Part shown: positions 11,615-21,100 of the stretch, in pieces | Numbering within the stretch: the stretch's first letter is position 1 | Layout: every line of letters begins with the position of its first letter | Assembly (NCBI RefSeq): GCF_004010195.1 | Contig: NW_025214630.1 | Span: forward strand, 11,605 to 47,709 | Reading direction: 5' to 3' | Length of the DNA stretch: 36,105 nucleotides | Source: Chiloscyllium plagiosum | Taxonomy: Eukaryota | Notes under the pieces: generated by a model | The model's database searches: none | The model's input: the letters and a program-made list of their open reading frames with translations, nothing else | Told to the model about the DNA's origin: nothing | Program-made: the position numbers and the translations under genes

Positions 11615-11812
11615 AAAGTCAGAAGTCACACGACACAGGTTATTGTCCAATAGGTTTATTTGAAATCACAAGCTTTTGAAGTCATTTCACCTGACTAAGA
11701 AGCAGTGCTCCGAAAGCTTGTGATTTCAAATAAATCTGTTGGACTATAACCTGGAGTCATTGTAACTTCTGACTTTGTCCACCCCAGTCCAACACCAGCA
11801 CCTCCACATCAT
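11615..11812 (+). mobile_element. Non-autonomous Penelope-derived fold-back element (inverted pLTR pair) with a degenerate hammerhead
   Basis: Inverted arms of ~62 bp at 11615-11676 and 11713-11776. CAC-CTGACTA-AGAAGC-AGT-GCTCC-GAAA-GCTT-GTG lies at 11688-11722. Confidence 0.7.
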
Positions 11813-12085
11813 TTGATGGTAGACAGTTGGTTCCAGTTGTTGGGGAGACTAAAACCAGAGTCATTTACCTCTTGGGCTCTGAATGTATATTGTCCTTTTA
11901 ACTAGAAACATGGTGATGGTAAAAAAAAATGAACGTTCAGAAATGTGCAAAAGCATTTCTGGATACAGTGAGCTAAAACCAGACACAAACAATCTAAGAC
12001 AGTCACTAACAAATGGAATTGAGTATTCAGGAGAAACTTTTTCATTCAAGGTTGTGTCTATGGCCAACATTAGGTGGACATTTGC

Positions 12086-12662
12086 AATCTGTGGGAGGAG
12101 AAAGTGAGGTCTGCAGATGCTGGAGATCAAAGTTGAAACTTTATTGCTGGAACAGCACAGCAGGTCAGGCAGCATCCAGGGAACAGGAGATTCGACATTT
12201 CGGGCACAGGCCCTTCTTCAGGAATGAGCAGAGAGTGTTCAGCAGGAGAAGATAAAAGGTAGGGAGGAGGGACTTGGAGGAGGGGCGTTGGAAATGTGAT
12301 AGGTGGAAAGAGGTCAAGGTGAGGGTGATAGGTCGGAGTAGGATGGAGGCGGAGAGGTCAAGAAGAAGACTGCAGGTCAGGAAGGCGGTGCCGGGCTGGA
12401 GGGATCCGGCTGAGACAAGGGGGGGGAGGGGGGATGAAGAAACTGGTGAAGTCCAAGTTCATCCCCTGCGGTTGGAGGGTTCCCAGTCGGAAGATAAGAC
12501 GCTCCTCCTCCGACCGTCGGGTTGTTGTGGTTTGGCGGTGGATGAGTCCAATGACCTGCATATCCTCGGTGGAGTGGGAGGGGGAGTTGAAATGCTGTGC
12601 TACAGGTTGGTTGGGTTGGTTCGTCCGGGTGGCCCAGAGGTGCTCTCTGAATCTGTGGGAGG
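12086..12662 (-). mobile_element. 5'-truncated Penelope-like retroelement: GIY-YIG endonuclease C-terminus, 3' UTR/pLTR and 13-bp TSD
   Basis: Minus-strand translation RFREHLWATRTNQPNQPVAQHFNSPSHSTEDMQVIGL...RRSEEERLIFRLGTLQPQGMNLDF matches the PLE GIY-YIG C-terminus. The direct repeat AATCTGTGGGAGG is at 12086-12098 and 12650-12662. Confidence 0.9.
12190..12225 (-). ncRNA. Minimal type I hammerhead ribozyme motif in the PLE pLTR
   Basis: Minus strand: AUUC-CUGAAGA-A-GGGC-CUGU-GCCC-GAAA-UGUC^GAAU. Both core boxes are intact, with a 4-bp stem II, a 4-bp stem I (AUUC/GAAU) and a GUC cleavage triplet. Confidence 0.75.
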
Positions 12663-12770
12663 TCAGAGTTGCACTGACTGGCAAAAAACATGCCTGTTGC
12701 GATGAAATTCATTCCAATTAGGAAACAAGGAACCAGACCATAAGGACTTCCCATATTAAATTAGTTTGAA

Positions 12771-12873
12771 GAAACAAAAACAGAGATTGCTGGAAAAACT
12801 CAGTAGGTCTGGCTATATCTGTGGAGAGAAATCTGAGTTAATGTTTCAGGTTCAGTGACCCTTCCTCAGAACT
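12771..12873 (-). mobile_element. Solo Penelope pLTR fragment (second family) with a hammerhead motif at 12836-12873
   Basis: On +, TTGCTGGAAAAACTCAGTAGGTCTGG resembles the PLE end. Minus strand: AGUU-CUGAGGA-AGGGUC-ACU-GAACCU-GAAA-CAUU-AACU. Confidence 0.7.
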
Positions 12874-13057
12874 AGTTATAAGATCTGGGGTAAATAGCCT
12901 GGTCTCTATACAGGTGAGGTGCAAGTTGTCTGACAATGAATCAGCCCTCGTTCCATTCAAACCAGCGACTCTCCTACCAAAGGCATTGACAAGCTGATTA
13001 TACTTGTTGCTGTGTTTTCCTGGTTCCTACAAATAATTAAAATGGAATGTTTTATAA

Positions 13058-13544
13058 GGCACGGTGGCTCAATGGTTAGCACTGCTGTCTCACAGCACCA
13101 GGGTCCCAGGCTTGATTCCAGCCTCGGGCTACTGTCTGTGTGGAGTTTGCACATTCTCCCCGTATCTGCGTGGGTTCCCTCCGGGTGCTCCGGTTTCCTC
13201 CCACAGTCCAACGATGTGCAGATCGGATGAATTGGTCATGCTAAATTACCCATAGTGTTAGGTTCATTTGTCAGAGGGAAATGGGACTTTGATTCCAGCC
13301 TCGGGCTACTGTCTGTGTGGAGTTTGCACATTCTCCCCGTATCTGCGTGGGTTCCCTCCGGGTGCTCCGGTTTCCTCCCACAGTCCAACGATGTGCAGAT
13401 CGGATGAATTGGTCATGCTAAATTACCCATAGTGTTAGGTTCATTTGTCAGAGGGAAATGGGACTGGGTGGGTTACTCTTGGGAGGGTCAGTGTGGACTG
13501 GTTGGGCCAAAGGGCCTGTTTCCACACTGTAGGGAATCTAATCT
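13058..13544 (+). mobile_element. HE1-type SINE with an internal perfect 177-bp tandem duplication
   Basis: HE1 head and tail are present; 13112-13288 is identical to 13289-13465. Confidence 0.92.
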
Positions 13545-13649
13545 ATACTGGCATGATGTCACGAGTGCCAATGGGCAAATACATTTGGAACGTTTTTGCA
13601 CAGGGAGCAAAATTTTTGTTTGCCCAGAGAGAGCAGAGAATGTTGAACT

Positions 13650-13830
13650 CACAGAGAGTGACTGAGGTGAGTCATGTCGATGCATTTGAAGGGGAGTTGG
13701 ATAAATGCACGATGGAGAACGAGAAAGAAGAATATGCTGATAACGTGGTTGGGCTAGGATGAGAAGAGACTCAGGTAGAACATAAAAACTGTCATGGAGC
13801 AGTTGGGCTGAATGGCCTGTTTCTGAGGTG
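13650..13830 (+). mobile_element. Degenerate CR1 3' remnant
   Basis: GATGCATTTGAAGGGGAGTTGGATAA (AFxGELDK-like) and the tail GTTGGGCTGAATGGCCTGTTTCTG. Confidence 0.7.
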
Positions 13831-13899
13831 GGAAATTCCTTTCAAAAAACAATTTTACACTCACTAACTGAGGACAAATCCATCCTGAAAATCGCTAAG

Positions 13900-14210
13900 A
13901 AGAGAGAGATGATGCTGAAGCTTTTCACTCATCAGGACAAATACAAGAATACCAAATTTTAAACTCTCATAACAATTTATTCTAAAGGAGAAAAGGCCAC
14001 TAATTGGTTGGCAAGTTGACTCTGACTGGCTGAGATGTCAGCCTGGAGAAAGCAATGGGGAACTATAATAAAAACTAAACTTTTAAAAAGCGCAAGGTTT
14101 TATTTAAAAGGAATATGCAACATATTCCTTTTATTTGCTGTGTATGAAAACTATGTTGCTTCTAGCAGGGATATGTAAGCCACACGATGAGTTTGACTGA
14201 TTACCTTGTT
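13900..14210 (-). mobile_element. Old Penelope-like 3' remnant (third family) with a collapsed hammerhead
   Basis: Minus strand UGUC-CUGAUGA-GU-GAAA-AGCUUC at ~13914-13940 (stem II lost). Upstream is a ...LLEAT...KE-like GIY-YIG C-terminal trace at ~14120-14210. Confidence 0.5.
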
Positions 14211-14734
14211 GAATGAAAGACTATCGTGTTTTGTGAAAATAATTAGCTCCCCTACAGATAGTTTCAGTCAGATGAGTTGCAAAGGGAAGTTGGTGGTTGT
14301 CTAATACATGCACTCTATGACATCCTGCCCATAATGTGTAATGTGAATGTTATACAATGACAGGGTTTATCCTCCTCTCTTGTATAAAGGAGGGTGATGT
14401 CACTCATGGTAACCCAGCCATCTACCGGAGAAAGCTTCTAATTGTGGTGTGTGTATGGAAACCTATCACAGTTCGTAACCATTACCAAACCACTGGATGG
14501 ACATCTGCCCACATGCAGAGTTTCCAATATCTGATTAAGGAGCAGAATCCCTCCCAACTTAACTCCAAAGAACCAAAGTCTCAAGAACTCATGAGAGGTG
14601 CAGATAGAATTTGAACAGATGTAACCGTGTATTGGTAAGTTGACCCCAACTTGCTATCCAATGATGATAAGCTATTCATGGACCTGTTGAAATTGTCGAC
14701 CCATTTAGAGGATTGAAGGATTTAATTGAACCAA

Positions 14735-14945
14735 CTATCTCCAAGCCTAAGAATATCCTCCTTAAGCCTTCCCTCCTTCAAAGTTGATCCTCAAATCCCC
14801 CTCTTCAATCAAGCTTTTGACTAGTTCCTTGATTCACTACCTACATAATGTGATGCTAACCTTCATCTGTTAGCCTGCCTGTAGATCCTTGGGTTGCTTG
14901 GGAAGTTTTGCCCCTTTAAAACGGGGTGATATGAATGCAAATTAT
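14735..14945 (+). mobile_element. L2 LINE 3' end remnant
   Basis: CCTCTTCAATCAAGCTTTTG (LFNQAF-like) and a decayed L2 tail TTGGGAAGTTTT...TTAAAACGGGGTGATATGAATGCAA. Confidence 0.55.
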
Positions 14946-15044
14946 TAGCATGATTTTGTTAGCCCGAATGGCCAGACTCTGTGCAGTGGATTCAGTTTGA
15001 TTGTGGTCTGATGAATCAATGGGGAAACACAAGTCAGAAAGAAG

Positions 15045-15820
15045 CAAATACAGAAAAGTGTGAGGTGATTCACTTTGGAAAGAGTAACAGGAATATGGAG
15101 CACTGGGCTAATGGTAAGATTCTTGATAGTGTGGATGAGAGATTTTGGTGTCCATGTACATAGACTACTGAAAGTTGCCACCCAGGGTGATAGGGTTGTT
15201 AAGAAGACGTTCGGTGTGTTAACTTTTATTCGTAGAGGGATTGAGTTTCAAAGCCACGAGGTCATGCTATAGCTGTACAAAACTCTGATGCGGCCACACT
15301 TGAGTATTGCATATAGTTCTGGTCACCGCATAATAGGAAGGATGTGAAGCTTTGGAAAGGGCTCAGAGGAGATTTACTAGGCTGTTGCCTGGTATGGAGG
15401 GAAGGTCTTATGAGGAAAGGCTGAGGGACTTGAGGTTATTTTTGTTAGAGAGAAGAAAGTTAAGAGGTGACTTAATAGAGACACACAAGATAATCAGAGT
15501 ATTAGATAGGGTGGATTGTGAGAGCCTTTTTTCCTGGGATGGTAATGGCTAGCATGAGAGGACATAGCTTAAAATTGAGGGGTGATTGATTTAGGACAGA
15601 TGTCAGAGGTAGGTTCTTTACTCAGAGAGTAGTAAGGGCGTGGAACGCACTGCCTGTAACAGTAGTGGACTCACCAACATTAAGGGAATTTAAATGGTCA
15701 TTGGATAAACACATGGATGATAATGGAATAGTGTAGTTAGATGGGCTTTCAAGTGGTTTCACAGGTCAGAGCAACATTTAGGGCCAAAGGGCCTGTACTG
15801 TGCTGTAATGTTCTATGTTC
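15045..15820 (+). mobile_element. CR1/HER1-like LINE, 5'-truncated
   Basis: Translations include NTEKCEVIHFGKSN and ERAQRRFTRLLPGMEGRSYEERLRDLRLFLLERRKLRGDLIE. The tail is GGGCCAAAGGGCCTGTACTGTGCTGTAATGTTCTATGTTC. Confidence 0.93.
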
Positions 15821-16036
15821 CATAAATACAAACAGATCCCTCCTCTAACTGGCCAGTCACAGGCAGTTATTGTTCTGTTACTGATGAAGCCACCTGTTCA
15901 AGAGAAGAAAGAAACTTCCAGAAGATCTGCTGAACAAAGTTCTTTGGAAGCTTTGAGCTATGATAACACTATTCATAAATGACAAATATTAGAATCTACT
16001 TTCCAATCACCTTCATGAGAGTAGATGAGATGATTG

Positions 16037-16197
16037 AAGATGTCCAGGTCAGGTGAATTGGCCGTGCTAAATTGCCCATAGTATTAGGTGCATTAGTCAG
16101 AGGGGAATGGGTCTGGGTGGGTTACTCTTCGGAGGGTAGGTGTGGACTGGTTGGGCCGAAGGGCCTGTTTCCGCACTGTAGGTAATCTAATCTAATC
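16037..16197 (+). mobile_element. 5'-truncated HE1-type SINE
   Basis: GGTCAGGTGAATTGGCCGTGCTAAATTGCCC...GGGCCGAAGGGCCTGTTTCC followed by (TAATC)3. Confidence 0.9.
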
Positions 16198-16436
16198 GAA
16201 GGTCAGAAGTTTGTGTGGAGCCTAAACACCGATAAAAAGTATCAGAATGGTGTTGAATGGTTTGTTCCTGTGCAGTACACCCTGGCCTGTTCCCCATGGC
16301 CTACACCACTGCCTTCACCTGAGCTATCTCCCATTTCATCTTCCACAAGCTCTGGATGAGGAGGGGTAAAGAATGGTACCAATGCCACCCTCATCCTTAT
16401 GCCCACCTTTGTATGCGGCTGCATTCAGAGGGCTCG

Positions 16437-16545
16437 AGTGGTGCAATGGTAATGTCCCTGCCTCTGAGCCAGGAGACCTGGTTTCCACTCCCACCTGCTC
16501 CAGGTGTGTGTAATGGTGTGTCTGAACAGGTTGATTTAGAAATAT
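16437..16545 (+). mobile_element. Short tRNA-derived SINE
   Basis: A-box-like TGGTGCAATGG and B-box-like GGTTTCCACTCCC; homologous to 8463-8570. Confidence 0.6.
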
Positions 16546-17054
16546 CCACACCCACTGTTCAGTTTCTAGTTGAAATGTACATTCAAACACTCTCGAATTT
16601 ACCGTAATGCTTGCACTTTGACTGTGTCAACACTTCATGTGGTTAGTTAGTGGTTGTAGTTCTCAACTAGCAATCTGGGTGGACAGTACATGCTGACCCA
16701 GCCACAGCCCCTGATTGAATAACAAAAGTCTGAATCCTCATCTTGGGAAACCAAATTCAGGGAAGCTGTTGTCAGTCATCAGATAAGATCATTATCAGTT
16801 ATGGTCGCTCTGACACTTATTAGATGACCATCTAAGTCCAATTGCTTCAGTAAACTGCTACAGGGAGGTCCAAGCCTTGTCTTGATGCGGACGTCACTCT
16901 GTATCCTTGATTCCAATGTCCTCAAGGCTACATAATGAGTAATACATGTTTTAACAACATGTTCATTGTGCTAGACAGGATATAGGAAAATGACTGGTCT
17001 TCATTGGTTCATCCAGTCAATGAGGACTCTCCAATTCAAACCTTAGGATGTTTG

Positions 17055-17290
17055 TAGGACAGAAGGAGATCATTCAGCCCATCATTTCCATAGGAGCAGC
17101 TCAGCTCATCCCTGAATGAATAAAGGAAAGCTCCTGAAATCTATGTCATCAAAGTCCCTCATCCATGGAACTATTCTTGTGACTCTTTCCTGCTCCTTCT
17201 CTCATGCCTCCACACCCTTCCTGAAGTTTTGTGCCCGGAATAGAACATAATGCTGCTGTTGAGGTTGAATCAGTGTTTGGTGAAGGTTCA
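17055..17290 (-). mobile_element. Degenerate CR1 remnant
   Basis: GGAGATCATTCAGCCCATC tail in reverse, plus CCTTCCTGAAGTTTTGTGCCCGGAATAGAACATAATGCT (reverse of an EYCVQFWxPxxRK-like segment). Confidence 0.55.
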
Positions 17291-17732
17291 TCCACAAAGG
17301 CGTGGACCACCCTGATCACATGCTGTATGCTGACATCAGCCTGAGAGAGAACTGACAACCAGTTTACCCAATAATCCAGAGAGGCTGCTGTGGTCAGTCG
17401 GCCTGAAATAGCGTCCCAGCCCTGTCAATGTCTTTGGAAAACCATTAGTCTGTAAACACGAGTGAGTCATCCTTTAAGTGTAGCTGCTGGTCTCTCTGGG
17501 CTATAATGATACCCCCTTGGTTTTAATGCCCTGGGTTTGCCTCTACATGGTCAATTCTATTCATTATTTAAAATGGACCATGAATCATGCCATTCCAGTT
17601 TTTCTTCCCGCAGTTTGAATTTAGCCTATCGCTTTAGCTCAGTCATGCCCAGCAACATAATCACTGTTTCTGTCCCTCAATGAATCAGTTCCATTTTTAA
17701 CACATAGCTTTTAACAAGTAGTATCTTAGTGT

Positions 17733-18055
17733 TTTGTTAATTGTTCATGGGATATGGGCATCACTGGCCAGGCAACATTTGCTCCCATCCCTAATTGCCC
17801 AGAGGCTGAGACTCAACCACCATCGGTGTGGGTCTGGAGTCTTGTGCAGGCCAGATTAGGTGAAGGTGGCAGATTTCCCTCCCTAAAGAACATTGGCATT
17901 TATAATAATCAACAAGTGGTCTCAGCTGACCAGCTGTTTATCCCAGGTTTCTTTTGAATTCATATTTCACCATCTGCCTGGGTAGGAATCGAACCCCTGT
18001 CCCAGGACATTGCCCTGGAATTCTAGATTACTCATCCAGTGATGTTACTGTTATT
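17733..18055 (-). mobile_element. tRNA-derived SINE sharing its 3' tail with the LINE at 3735-4412
   Basis: The reverse complement has B box GGTTCGATTCC, the core GGGAGGGAAATCTGCC...GACTCCAGACCCACA, and the tail GGGCAATTAGGGATGGG...CCCATATCCCATGAAC. Confidence 0.8.
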
Positions 18056-18059
18056 ACTC

Positions 18060-18188
18060 CTCTAATTAATCGCTGCACCATTGGTGGCCATGCCTGGGCC
18101 CGGCGTTGTGAAACTCCCTCCCTAATCATCTCCAACTCTCCACCTTGCTTCTCCTTTAAGGCTCTCATTACCACCTATCTCTTTCACC
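18060..18188 (+). mobile_element. L2 LINE ORF2 C-terminal remnant, cut off by the minisatellite
   Basis: Translation reads TIGGHA...(W)NSLP...SFKALITTYLF. The normal continuation and 3' UTR are missing. Confidence 0.7.
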
Positions 18189-21100
18189 TACTGGAGCGGT
18201 GCGGACAGTGAGTCACGGAGCAGGACGGTCAGTGAGACCCGGAGCCGGATGGACAGTGAGTCCCGGAGCAATGTGAATAGTGAGTTCCCGAGCAGTTTTG
18301 GACAGTAAGTCCTGGAGCCACGTGGACAGTGAGTCACCGAGCAGTGAGGACAGTGAGTCCCAGAGCCATGTGGACAGTGAGTCCCGGTGCAGTGTGGACA
18401 GAGAGTCCTGGTGCAGTGCGGACAGTAAGTCCCGGAGCAGTGTGGACAGTGAGTCCCGGAGCAGTGCAGAGAGTGACTGCCGGTGCAGTGCAGACAGTGA
18501 GCCCCGGAGCAGGGTGGACATTGAGGTCCGGAGCCATGTGGACAGTGAGTCCTGGAGCAGTGCAGACAGTGAGTCGTGGAGCAGTGTGGATACTGAGTCC
18601 CGGAGCAGTTTGGACAGTGAGACTCGTAGCAATGCAGACAGTGAGTCACGGAGCAGTGTGGATACTGTGTCCCGGAGCAGTGTGGACAGTGAGTCCCGGA
18701 GCAGTGTGGACAGTGAGTCCCGGAGCAGTGTGCACAGTGAGTCCCAGAGCAATGCAGACAGTGACTCCCAGTGCATTGCAGACAGTGAATCCCGGAGCCG
18801 TGTGGACAGTGACTCCCAGTGCAGTGCGGACAGAGAGTCCGTGTGCAGGGTGGACAGTGAGTCCCAGTGCAGTGTGGACTGTGAGTCCCGGAGCAGTGCG
18901 GAGAGTGAGACCCAGAGCCGTGTAGACAGTGAGTCCCGGAGCAGTTTGGACAGTGAGACTCGTAGCAATGCAGACAGTGAGTCACGGAGCAGTGNNNNNN
19001 NNNNNNNNNNNNNNNNNNNNNNNNNNNNNNAGTGCAGACAGTGACGCCCGGTGCAGTGTGGACAGTGAGTCCCGGAGCAGTTTACACAGTGAGTCCCGGA
19101 GCAGTGTGAACAGTGTGTCCCGGTGCAGTGCCGACAGTGAGTCCCGGAGCAGTGCCGTCACTGACCCCGGAGCAGGGTGGACAGAGAGTCCCGTAGCAGT
19201 GTGGACAGTGAGTCCCGGAGCAGTGTGGACAGTGAGTCACAGAACAGTGTGGACAGTGAGTCCCGAGCAATGTGGACAGTGAGTCCCGGAGTGGGCGGAC
19301 AGTGAATCCTGGAGCAGTGTGGACAGTGCGACCCTGAGTATTGTGGACAGTGAGACCCGGAGAAATGTGGACAGTGAGCCGTAGAGTAGTGTGGACAGTG
19401 AGACCCGGAGCAGTGTGGACAGTGAGTCCCGGAATAGTGTGGACAGTGAGTCCCAGAGCAGTGTGGATACTGAGTCCCGGAGCAGTGCGGATACTGATTC
19501 TTGGAGCAGTGTGGACAGTGTGTCCCGGTGCAGTGTGGACAGTGAGTCCTGGAGCAGTATGAACAGTGAGTCCTGGAGTAGTGTGGACAGTGAGTTCCAG
19601 AGCAGTGTGGACACTGAGCCCCGGTGAGCTCCCAGTGCAGTGCAGACAGTGACTCTCGGTGCAGTGCAGACAGTGAGTCCCGGAGCAGTGCGGTAAGTGA
19701 GTCCCGGAGCAGGGCGGATACTGATTCTTGGAGCAGTGTGGACAGTGTGTCCGGGTGCATTGTGGACAGTGAGTCCCGGTGCATCGTGGACAGGGAGTCC
19801 TGGAGCAGTGTGGATACTGAGTTCCAGAGCAGTGTGGACACTGAGCCCCTGACAGTGACTCACAGTGCAGTGCAGACAGTGACTCGTGGTGGAGTGCAGA
19901 CAGTGAGTCTCGGAGCAGTGCGGTAAGTGAGTCCCGGAGCAGTGTGGACAGTGAGTCCCAGTGCATTGTGGACAGTGAGTCCCGGTGCATCGTGGACAGT
20001 GAGTCCTGGAGCAGTGTGGATACTGAGTTCCAGAGCAGTGTGGACACTGAGCCCCGGTGTAGTGCAGACAGTGAGTCCTGGAGCAATGCGAACAGTGAGT
20101 CCTGGTATAGTGCGGACAATGAGTCCTGGAGTAGTGTGGGCAGTGAGTCCCGGAGCAGTTTGGACAGTAAGTCCCGGAGCCACGTGGACAGTGAGTCCCA
20201 GAGCAGTAAGGACAGTGAGTCCCGGCGCAATGTGGACTGTGAGTCACGGAGCAGTGTGGACAGTGAGTCCCGGAGCAGTGTGGACAGTGAGTCCCAGAGC
20301 AGTGAGGACAGTGAGTCTCGGAGCAGTGTGGACAGTGAGACCCCGAGCAGTTTGGACAGTGAGCCCCGGAACCACGTGGACAGTGAGTCCCAGAGCAGTG
20401 TGGACAGAGAGTCCTGGAGCAGTGTAGAGAGTGAGTACTGGAGCGCTGCGGACAGTGAGTCACGGAGCAGGACGGTCAGTGAGACCCGGAGCAGTGTGGA
20501 CAGTGAGTCCCGGAGCAATGTTAATAGTGAGTTCCCGAGCAGTTTTGGACAGTAGGTCCTGGAGCCACGTGGACAGTGAGTCACCGAGCAGTGAGGACAG
20601 TGAGTCCCAGAGCCATGTGGACAGTGAGTCCCGGTGCAGTGTGGACTGTGAGTCACAGAGCAGTGCGGACAGTAAGTCCCGGAGCAGTGTGGACAGAGAG
20701 TCCTGGTGCAGTGCGGACAGTAAGTCCCGGAGCAGTGTGGACAGTGAGTCCCAGAGCCATGTGGACAGTGGGTCCCAGAGCCATGTGGACAGTGAGTCCC
20801 GGAGCCATGTGGACAGTGGGTCCCAGAGCCATGTGGACAGTGAGTCCCGGTGCAGTGTGGACAGTGAGTCCTGGTGCAGTGCGGACAGTGAGTCGCGGGG
20901 CAATGTGGACAGTGAGACCCCGAGCACTGTGGACAGTGAGTCCCGGAGCAGTGTGGACAGTGGGTCCCAGAGCGAGGTGGACAGTGAGTCCTGGTGCAGT
21001 GTGGACTGTGATTCACAGAGAGGTGCGGACAGTGCGACCCGGAGCAGTGTGGACAGTGAGTCCTGGAGCAGTACGGAGAGTGAGTCCCAGAGCAGTGTGG

